From Azolla caroliniana (lineage: Eukaryota > Plantae > Polypodiophyta), in assembly GCA_043228905.1 (NCBI GenBank), contig JBHGNT010000016.1, positions 3,224,001 through 3,288,000 on the forward strand: a stretch of 64,000 nt of DNA. Reading direction: 5' to 3'. The notes beneath the pieces were generated by a model, which saw only the letters and a program-made list of their open reading frames with translations, was not told where the DNA came from and did not search any database. Shown here piece after piece: positions 54,031-64,000 of this stretch (position 1 is the first letter of the stretch; the number at the start of each line of letters is the position of its first letter). The translations under genes and the position numbers were made by a program.

Positions 54031-55245
54031 TTTAAGTTGCAGGAATAGATATCTGTATTATTGAAGACAGTGAAATTGGATTGAACATCGCTTCCATGTG
54101 CAGAAGAAGAAGAAGAAGAAGAAGAAGAAGTTGTATTGAGACCAAAGATTGTCTACGAAAGCACGAAGATGCGGCGGATGAAGGAAGAAGAAGCAGCCAT
54201 TGCCATAAGAACCTTAGGAGATATGGTGAATGCAAGAAATCTGGTTTGGCTACAGACAGAGCAACCTCCTTTACATCGGAGATTATTTCAAAATGGCATG
54301 GCAAAAAGGAACAACAGTGAAGTGGCATTCACACTATGTCCTTGTGTGTATGCTTGGATTCATATAGACTCGCATTCGATTGTTCTTTGTTCTTTTCATA
54401 ACCCTTGCCATCATGTTTGGGTTGAAACCCTTGGGATGAACCTTCTCTGCTCTTTTGACATGCTTAGCCTTGAGCATGCGAAACTTCTCGAATCCAGGGC
54501 TACCTCCTAATTAATTAAGTCAAGCATGTATCCAGTAGTTTAAAGAACAACTCAAAATCTGTTTGTCTTTCACCTGCTGATTGATATTTAGAGAATGAGA
54601 GGGCCCATCAGACCTTCAGCTTGTGAGCTAGAGATTCTGAAATTCAACTGTGATCTCCTTGTATTGAGGGAGTTAATTGTGAATATTTTTTTTGTTTCCC
54701 CTCAAAGTCTGTCGAATGTATATATATTATTCCTCCCCAATGTTTGCACCTTGTGGACCAGGCAAGGTCCACTGAGGAGGTGACCAGATGAAGTGCATAT
54801 AAATGGTAATTCTCCTTGATTCCTTAATGTGGGCTTTAACATTCCATGGCTTACTGTTCCTCTCATTTGCATTGCAGCGAGGCATCCGTTCCTTGGGCAT
54901 TCATAATCAACATCAGAAGTCAAAAGAAGTCATAATCACATATAAAATACAATGAAAAATCATATCTACTCTTTAGCTAAGGAAATTGAACGAAAGAAAT
55001 TGCCGAAATTTGGATGGTACAATCATCAGCATCATTAGACCCCTGCTAAAAATAAAACCCCACTCAAAGATTGGGACTTGGAATATGGATTTCTTGGCAT
55101 TTTGAGAACTGGTAATGTTTCTGCCAGAGTCTACAAACTTCATTGATCAAGAAATGCGTTACTAATGGATTTCTTGGCATTTTGAGAACTGGTAATGTAA
55201 AGTTTGGAAATGAGGGGGGGAGATGTCAGAGTATATGCTTTCAAT

Positions 55246-56789
55246 TAGTAATGCATTTCTGTTATACGATCAGGCGATACTTCTGGATGAGGCACAGGGC
55301 TATAAAATTCAAAACCTTTCTCTAGGTTTTGGATCCAGGTTTTAATTTGCATATGATATTGTATATATCATATGCAAAAATAAAACTAGGATCATCATCA
55401 ACACTAATTATTAGCTGCCCCCCATGACAATGTATATATAGCATCTGCTTTCTGTTCTTTCCAAGCTTGCAATTCCCATTTCTCACACCGGCTGAACATG
55501 AAGAACAAAAAATTGGAAATGATCACATCAAGACAACTTCTAGGGTCACATCAAGTAGTGTAAATTCATCTCCTCATACTGAACTAGACACATTCAGAAG
55601 GTCGCCAATTTTGCAAAAAAGAGCCTATCATGCCATCCATTGGCTACAGAGGGACTTCAATCATATTTAACGTTTCAAAATCACACTCATAGCATATCTA
55701 ATGCATTGGTGCATGCACATTAGTAACTACCACATAGAAAGAATGTTGGCCACTGAGAAACATTGAATATTTATTGACAGACATGAAAGGACACCATAAG
55801 ATACTAATATGGCCATGACTTTCTCACTAAAGCTTCAGCATCATTTGATTCTTTGATTTTGTGCAATATCCTATAACATCCAGGTAATAATAATCCAATG
55901 TGGTATCTCGACGAAAAGAAAAGAAAGATACACATTACATGTCGGATTGCTGTCTTTTTTAAAGTCTGGATTACCCCATATTCATGAAACCTTACTTTTG
56001 CTTCTCGTCCAACAAAAGATTCAAGTCGACATTACTAGGCCTCTTACTTTAACACATATTGTGAAGAACAGATTCAACATACTTTAATATTTGTGTTGGT
56101 ATCATAATCATCATGTAGCCATTATACCTTCTCATAGATATTGCATTCTGAATCAGTAAATGGCATATGAATAAGATCTGAATCTCTCCCATGACACGTT
56201 ATGAGCCTAAAAACTTCATTGATCCGGAAATCTATACCTTGGATCTAAAAAGAAAAAACCTATTGAAACTCCTAAAGATAGATTTCGTCAACCATCAATA
56301 CTAAGTAAAAGCACCCAATTCTTCTTTACTTTGGCGAAAATCACTACAAAAAGTATCGACAATTATGTATATGAAAAATCAAAAGAAATGGATTGAGTAT
56401 GGACGACAAATTCAATTCAAGGCTCCATATATAAGAGATCGCTACGATATTGTGGTATGTAGCACGACTTTCCTGACTCTCCAATTTATATTCATTTTAA
56501 ATTTTTGTGTAGAAAACAAATTAGCTGGGAGGTGACATTTTAATAATAAACATGCTTGATGAGCATTGCATCAAATTTGTTGTTTGTGTGTGATCAATTT
56601 GTATGGAAGATTTTCCTATTCCATCGAAATCCATTACAAACTGGCACATACATGGCTTTCAAATCAATGGAAGCATACATAACCAACTCCGCGTTTCTGT
56701 TTCATTAGGATTTAAAGTGATAATGTACGGTCAAACGAACTTTAAACAATTAGCACGAAATGCAATATATATGAAACTAATATGGCCTT
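55246..56789. repeat. Local segmental duplication, copy A (~1.55 kb)
   Basis: Collinear with 58806-60978 from ttagtaa...gatcaggcga.actt...ctataaaattcaaa to aatatatat...acta.tatggcctt. Confidence 0.9.
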
Positions 56790-57844
56790 TGAGAGATATA
56801 ATATGAAGTATGAATCCAATTTGTCCCTACAGAGATATCGCCACTAGAAACGGAAAGGAAAATTGAAATGTCCTATCTTCCAATTTGATATGCTTTTTAA
56901 AATCTCTCTTGCTAATAAGTTTTAGACTCACATTTCCAAAGTGTCATGGAAAATTAGTTCATGTCTTTCGATTTGAACATAATTAATAGAGACAAATGGT
57001 GCCGTAAAACGATGTGATGAATCTTCAATGACCGCTACAAGTCATTTCTTCTGATGTCTCAATAGCCTTCAATCATAATGTGGTTTATGTAACTCACGGG
57101 AACTTGTTCGTAGATACGATAATTGTGATATAAGTGATTCAATCATGCCAAAACTTAGGATCTTTTCTAATCTCCTTGAGCATGTTCGTTGATGCATCCC
57201 AAGCCGCATGAGATGCCAAGGGTATTGTTGTCACTTGATGCTTCCTAATGATCACTCATATTTATTTGTGGAGAGGGTGTCTCATATCTTGTTCCAAGTG
57301 TATGTAGAGTCTAAGGTGATAACTTTTAGGGTGGCAAGTTCACTTCTTTTGGGTGTGAGTTATGGTGCATGTGGTAATTTATGATCTATAGCCCCAAGGC
57401 AAATCTTCTCATGGGTGTAGGGTCAACCAATGGGGGAAAATAAGTATTTTTCGCAAGATATAGAAGCTAAAGTAGTGATGTGAAGAAATACATAAACTTT
57501 CATTGGTTGTATATGAGTTACATCTTGTGAGATGTTTTAACATGTATAAATCATACCAACAAAAATACGGCATCCACCAATAATTTTTTATGCTCGAGTA
57601 AGCTCTCATTACCTTGTGAACTCGGACAAGGTGCACATGCAAATGTCTTTTTGTTATATATATAAAGTTGTTATTTATCTCAAGGGGCTCACGTTTCTCT
57701 AATTTTTCTATTATTAGGTTTCCTATTTTCTCCAAGGGGTGTGTTTGTATTGTCATGATAGACCGACCATATTAGAGGATTATGTTTATGGGTCACTTGA
57801 CTATGTCTTCTTATGTGGGGTAATTGGTTTGTGATCGCATGCAT

Positions 57845-58027
57845 GCTAGGCTGGGAAAAGGTTGATAAAGTGTATGCTCTAGAGTCTAAATATCAAGGTT
57901 GTGTTTAGCATTCTTAATCATGTGCTTAATCCGGCTAGGCTGGGAAAAGGTTGATAAAGTGTATGCTCTAGACTCTAGAGTCTAAATATCAAGGTTGTGT
58001 TTAGCATTCTTAATCTTGTGCTTAATC
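57845..58027. repeat. Near-identical tandem duplication (~88 bp x2)
   Basis: gctaggctgggaaaaggttgataaagtgtatgctctaga...gtctaaatatcaaggttgtgtttagcattcttaatc.tgtgcttaatc occurs twice. Confidence 0.9.
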
Positions 58028-58759
58028 TTGAATTTTAAGTGATTACAAAACTCCACCTTTGAAAAAGTATACATATGAAGCATGCAAACTTTGTTATATT
58101 ATTACAACTGTCGAATATACATAATTTCTTTGGAAGCTGTTATGTATGAATTGGTCAAAATTCACCTTATCCCTTGCCATCCACATTCGAGGTGAGTTTA
58201 TAATTATGGAATGCCCGTGTTCTTTATGAACATTACCTACCTAATGTTGGGGAAAATAACATAGCCTAGCTCTCACAACAATGTTTTCGCTATGTCGCAC
58301 AAACAATGTAAATAAGGATGGTGGGTCACCGTGCACAAAATGTGGGTCAAATTAGAATGAATCATCATTGTGGATGAGTCGATGTAGCCTATCCATTTGG
58401 TATTCTAATTGTTCTAGGTTCAATGGTCAACAAATTTCTCTTTAATTTATTTTTGTTCAGACAATTGGTGCTTCTTGACATTTAGGACGGTAAATCCCAA
58501 AAGACTTAGGGATTTTAATAGGAAGAAATTGAGCTTAATTTTTTTTACTTGTCTCTCTTTTCAAACATTGGACTTTACATTGTTGATAAGAAACTAATGA
58601 TTGTATGGAGAAATCTTCCATCTAGAAACAGTTCTAGTTGCTTGGGTACAAATTGGCCGATGCACCATATGTCCCCATTTAGAAAAGCTACCAAGGAATC
58701 AACTTTAGCTTCGCATAACAATGGACCTCGGCCGGTCCACATGGTGCAAACTTGGGGAG

Positions 58760-58799
<40 letters not shown>

Positions 58800-59539
58800 T
58801 TCCCATTAGTAACCCATTTTTGTTATATGATCAGGCGACACTTATAGACGAGGCACAAGGCTATAAAATTCAAACCATTCTCTAGGTTTTGGATCCTGGT
58901 TTTAATTTGCATATGATATTGTATATATCATATGCAAAATAAAACTAGGATCATCATCAACACTAGCATCTACTTTCTATTCTTTCCAAGCTTGCAATTT
59001 CCATTTCTCACACCGGCTAAGCATGAAGAATACAAAATTGGAAATGTCATTAACCTATGCAAAATGACCACATCAAGACAACTTCTAGGGTCACATCAAT
59101 TGGTGTAAATTCATCTCCTCATACTGGACTAGACAAATTCAGCAAGTCACCAAATTTGCAAGAAAGAGCCTATCATGCCATTGTCATTTATCTAAATCAA
59201 TGATTTTCCTCTCCATTGGTTATAGAAAGAGTGCCCAAATTTGGGGCTTCAATCATATTTGAAGCTTCAAAATCACACGACCACATAGAAAGAATGTTGG
59301 CCATTGAGAAACATTGAATCTTTACTGATAGACATGAAAGGGACACCATAAGATAGTAATATGGCCATGACTTTCTCACTAAAGCTTCAACATAATTTGA
59401 TTCTTCCATTTTGTGCAATATCTTGTAAGTTTGTAACATTCAGATAATAATAATCCGATCCGGTATCTCATAGAAAAGAAAGGAAAGACACACAGTACAT
59501 GCCGAATTGATCTCTTTAAATTTTGGATTACCCCACATC

Positions 59540-59988
59540 TAACAATCAGCAACGGTTCAGTTCGGTTCGTTTCAGTTTGAGCGGGTCCAAACCGAACCGT
59601 TTAAAGATTTTGAAACCTGAATCAAACCAAACCAAACCGTAAAAACTATGGTTTTGTGGTTCGGTTTTGGTTTTCAACATAGGTCAAATTTTTAATTTTA
59701 ATTTTTTAAAAATTTATAATATTTCATTTTTAAAAATTTTTAAATTTTTAAAGATGTTCCTAAAATGTGATAATAAGGTCTAAAAATGGAAAGATTGTTA
59801 AAAAAACAATTTTTAAAATTTTTAAAATAAAAAATAAAAAATCGTTATACCGTTTAAACCGCGGTTTCTGGTTGTTAAAACCGAACATTTTTTAAAAACC
59901 TAAACCTGAACCGAACCGAACCGTTGAAACCGTTAAGCCTTTAAGTTGTGGTTCGGTTAGGTTCAAATCGAACCGTTGCCGATTGTTA
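59540..59988. mobile_element. Non-autonomous hAT element (449 bp)
   Basis: TIR taacaatcagcaacggttc / gaaccgttgccgattgtta; 8-bp TSD cccacatc / cccacatt; AACCG subterminal repeats; empty site ggattaccccatattcatgaaacc in copy A (~55968-55991). Confidence 0.93.
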
Positions 59989-60317
59989 CCCACATTTATG
60001 AAACCTTACTTTTGCTTCTCGTTAGATATTATTAGGTCTCTTACTTTATCTCATACGGTGAAGAACAGATTCAACATCTTGTATTTGTGTTGGTATCATA
60101 ATCATCATGTACCCATTAAACCTTCTCATAGACATTGCACTCTAAAAGAGTAAATGCCATATGAATAAGATTCGAATCTCTCCCATGACACGTTACGAGC
60201 CTAGAGACTTCATTGATTAGGAAATCTATGCCTTGGATCTAAAAAAAATAACCCTATTGAAACTCCGAAAGATAGATTTCGTCAACCATCGATAGTAAGT
60301 AAAAGCACCCAATTCTT

Positions 60318-60492
60318 TAGCCATAGGTATCTACTTACATTAAGTAGTCAGTCCGAAAGGCTATGTAAACAATTTCATTTTCTTGAACTTGATCGGAGGG
60401 AGATTCCCTGATTTGTGTATAAGCCTCCTTGTACAGTCTTTTTGTAATAATCCGTCCTAACTAATGGGAAAGTAGTTTCATTTTGGGAAAAA
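60318..60492 (+). mobile_element. Short non-LTR retroposed insertion (5'-truncated LINE/SINE or mRNA 3' end) with an A-tail
   Basis: Flanked by a 17-bp TSD aaaagcacccaattctt (60301-60317) / aaaagtacccaattctt (60493-60509) and ends in an A-run. A single empty site is present in copy A at ~56307-56323. Confidence 0.85.
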
Positions 60493-62809
60493 AAAAGTAC
60501 CCAATTCTTCCTTACTTTGGCAAAAATCACTACAAAAAGTATCGACAAGATGTACATGAAAATCAAAGGAAATGAATTGAGTATGGACGACAAATTCAAG
60601 GCTCCTTATATAAGAGATCACTATGATATTGTGGTATGCATACACAATTTTTCTGACTCTCCAATATATATTCATTTTAAATTTTGTATAGAAAAAAAAA
60701 AGTGTTGTGTAGTGACATCTTAAAGTAAACATGCTTTGATGAGCATTGCATCAAATTTGTTGATTGTGTCTAATCAATTCAGATGGAAGATTTTCCTGTT
60801 TAATTGAAATCCATTAGAAATGGACACATAAATTGATTTCAAATCAATGGAAGCATACATAACCAACTCCGCATTTCTATTTTATTAGGATTTAAAGTGA
60901 TAATGTAAGGTCAAACAAACGTTAAACAATTAGTATGAAATACAATATATATATATATATATTAACTAGTATGGCCTTAGACAGATTTCCCTTTATTCCC
61001 GTTCCTCGTTCTCTCTACTACATTTTAGAGAGCTTTAGTCAAGTTTAGCTTGAGAACTTCTATTACAAGCAAGTGAGTGCAAGTAACGACAATGTCACTC
61101 GTAAAGGAAAAGTGTAAAGACTCTTATATGCATTTTGTGCCTATGGACATGTTTTAAATATTCACGTGACATATTTGTATTTTGTACATGCGCACATGTC
61201 ATAACTTGATCTTTCCAAAATTAGAACAGTGAGAAATCTATATGGCTATTTCTATGGATAGGTAGGAAATTACTCCTTAGAATGTAATAGAGATGGAGGA
61301 ATAATAACTTCCATATCAGTAGACAATTGAAGAATAATATAGATTATCCAACTAGGATAAAACTCTTGGACTTTATTATTGTTAATAATTAGTTAATTAG
61401 TATCTAATTATGTGAGTAGTTAATCACGTATGTGGTTAAGCAACGAAAGGATGTGTTTGTATGTGTGTGCGTGAGAAAGAAAGGAAGTTATACATATGAA
61501 CAATTACACAATGGGGGATGATTAACAAGAATGTAGCTAAAGAACTATATTGGGAAAAAAAAGAATGTAGCTTAAGAACTATATATTGTATTAAAAGAAA
61601 TCAAGTTACAAAAATACCCATAATGAGGTATATATAAATTTCATGTGCAAGGGTGCACATGTGAGAAGGGAATATAGTTACAAGGGTGTAAGTCTTATAG
61701 TAAATGAACTTGATACTTGGGATCTAGAATGTATCCCACTTAAGTATGGGAACAAAATCCTATTTAAGACTTTAGAGGCAACACACTAACTAGATTCTAT
61801 TTATGTAACGACGAAGTTACATGATTGACAAAATAATTAAACCTAGTTGAGCTTGATATCTCAACAATTATGAATAATCTATATGTTTCCTTGTTGGCTT
61901 AGTCATATCGCCTGAATGAGTTCTACACTACTCTTTCATAGGTTGACATTTTGATGACTTGGTAGTGTAGGAATCACACTAATCCACCTTAACTTTGTGG
62001 TGAAACTCGAATGTGCTTACACTACTACAAGGCGAGAGTCTATGGTAAAGTAACTTGATTCTAAGATGAAAGAAAATATCAAGCAACCTTTGTTGTAATG
62101 AACCCAAATCTTATTTTACTCACTAGAAAATGTAAACATCCTTTGCTAATGAAAGACAATATCGTTTGGGAGGCATTCTTGAAGGCTATTTGATCTAGAA
62201 GTGAACGCACATAGGACCCTTCTCTAGTACCCTATTTTACAAGGAAGTATATGACAAAGAGAGTGAACCTTTCTGGCTTTGGTTATTTAACATGGAACTT
62301 CGCTTCTCAAAAAACCATGCTACCACAAATATAAAGTTAAACATGTATCTAAGTTCCATAGATAATGTGTTGGCATTACAAAAAAGTTCAAAGTATAGGC
62401 CTAGTATGCACTAATTGGGGCTTATCTTGGATGTGATATTGTTAGAACACCACACACCTTAACATATAGAGAAAGAGTCATGGGCCATGACAACAATCAT
62501 GTTGAGATTTGAACTCTTGACCACTTGTGTTATAGTCAAGTGTTATGTTCTAACCAATACATCCAAATACATATTATATCTTAGTAGATTATTAATAGAT
62601 TATCTATTTTAAATTCTAGGAGTTTTTAGAAAGTTCTAGAACGAGAAGGTTCTAGAGGAATCAAGAATATTCTCTTGAATATTCTAATGCATGTACTTCG
62701 ACTCACATTATAAAACTTGTAACCTTTGTGGTCCCTTTTAAGGGATTCAATACCAGTCATTGACACATCAATACAATATTCTCGTTTTGCCTCATCTTGT
62801 CTCCTTGAT

Positions 62810-63794
62810 CTTCATCTTTGTCTTTGCGCTCTCCATAGCTTGTCTTGTCATCTTGCACTAGCCTGGTCACTTCCTATTCCACATTCTTAGCCTTATCAAT
62901 CATAGCCGCGTCATCTATGCTACGTCATAGTCCGCGGTTGGTGTGTCCGTGACAGTTTGAATCCCTTGCAACTGGAAGCATCACCCGTCTTTGTCATTGC
63001 CCTTGCTTTTAGAGTTACCATTAGAGATACCGTCATCAACATTCCTTCGTTTTCTATCCTTCTCGCCATAGCTATCTCTTAGTTTCTTTTCATCGTTGTC
63101 ATTGTCTTTTAGTTTCTCCTCATCATCGTCTCGGTTTTTTGGTTTCTTCTCATCCTCCACATATCTATATCCGTGTTTCTTATCACTATCTCTTTGCGTT
63201 TCTTCTCATCCTCCACATCCCTATCTCTGTTGTCATTGTCATCCTTCTCCCTTTGTTTAAAAACCATTTTCATTTCTATGTGTTTCTTATCATCTTCATC
63301 CCTATCACTATGTTTTCTATCATCCTCTATATCCATGCCTTCGTGTTTTTTTTTATCCTCTATTTCTCTGCTTCCATCATAACTATGTTTTCTATCATCC
63401 TCTATATCCATGTCTTCGTGTGTTTTTTATCCTCTATTTCCATCATTGCCATACTCATAGTAATGCCACGACACAATAACGTCAAATACGTAGTTAGCGA
63501 GGATTGAACCTGCAACCTCACATCTACAAGACGTCATGCTCAACCATCTAGATATGAGTATGTATTTGTATATGATAAAGTATTGTCATTATTCTAGTAT
63601 ATATACATTCCAAAATATTTGATTGTCATCTTCATCTTCACGCTCTCCATAGCTTTCTAACTTTATAGTCTCATCTTGCACAACTTCTAGAGTTCCTAGC
63701 CTTGTCACTTCCTATTCCACATTCTTAGCCTTATCAATCATAGCCTCGTCATCTATGCTCCATCATAGTCCGCGGTTGGTGTGTCCGTGACAGT
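62810..63794. repeat. Direct repeat pair (~150-165 bp at ~62810-62955 and ~63629-63794) flanking a low-complexity region with ~72-bp units
   Basis: ctagcct.gtcacttcctattccacattcttagccttatcaatcatagcc.cgtcatctatgct...tcatagtccgcggttggtgtgtccgtgacagt occurs twice; actatgttttctatcatcctctatatccatg is repeated between the copies. Confidence 0.8.
63496..63551 (-). other. Degenerate tRNA-like segment (SINE head or tRNA pseudogene)
   Basis: Minus strand tagatggttgagcatgacgtcttgtagatgtgaggttgcaggttcaatcctcgct has an A-box-like 5' part and a B-box GGTTCAATCC at tRNA-like spacing, but no acceptor stem. Confidence 0.4.
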
Positions 63795-64000
63795 CACCTG
63801 AAGATACTTGAGAGTAATGACATGTTGCAAGAATCTATAGTTTATTGAACTATTGTGTTTGACATCCAAAAGTCATCAAACCATTCATAGTTGCCTATAT
63901 ACAAATGGTTCACACCACGAATATACAAAGACTATTCACATAGAGAAGTGGCATGGCGCACCATTGTGAATGATTGAAAGTTGTATACTTGTATGCTCAC

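Larger units (their letters stand above)
58806..60978. repeat. Local segmental duplication, copy B, carrying two extra insertions
   Basis: Collinear with 55246-56789, plus insertions at 59540-59988 and 60318-60492. Confidence 0.9.

Noticed and set aside
63109-63507. Charged D/E/K/R-rich 100-aa ORF and hydrophobic antisense ORFs
   Set aside because: Low-complexity tandem repeat with no recognisable domain or splice structure.

Overview
Land-plant nuclear DNA: AT-rich, intron-rich and microsatellite-rich. A fern origin is only a weak inference. Six host genes are recognisable: the 5' end of a MOT1-family molybdate transporter (-, runs off the left edge), a 9-exon DUF1399/GRDP-family gene (+), a 2-coding-exon uncharacterised protein that is probably plastid-targeted (-), a 17-exon NPK1/ANP-type MAPKKK (+), a peroxisomal NAD+ carrier (PXN) with one in-frame TGA in exon 8 (+), and a caffeoyl-CoA O-methyltransferase with a His-rich N-terminus (+). 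Mobile DNA: a very young intact Ty1/Copia element (3500-8986) nested in the TRPD codons of an older Copia, five hAT-type MITE copies or fragments, a short poly(A) retroposon with a long TSD, and Gypsy and Copia relics. There is also an internally inverted L-type lectin receptor kinase pseudogene and a ~1.55 kb local duplication that preserves the empty sites of two insertions. I found no unambiguous new biological system. The best leads are the PXN stop-containing exon that starts with a recursive-splice-like AG|GTAAGC, the motif-bearing minisatellite in the CCoAOMT leader intron, the stop-interrupted di-leucine-like N-terminal extension of MOT1, and the hAT end at the LecRK inversion breakpoint. 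Exon coordinates were read by eye; family names come from recalled motifs, not database searches.
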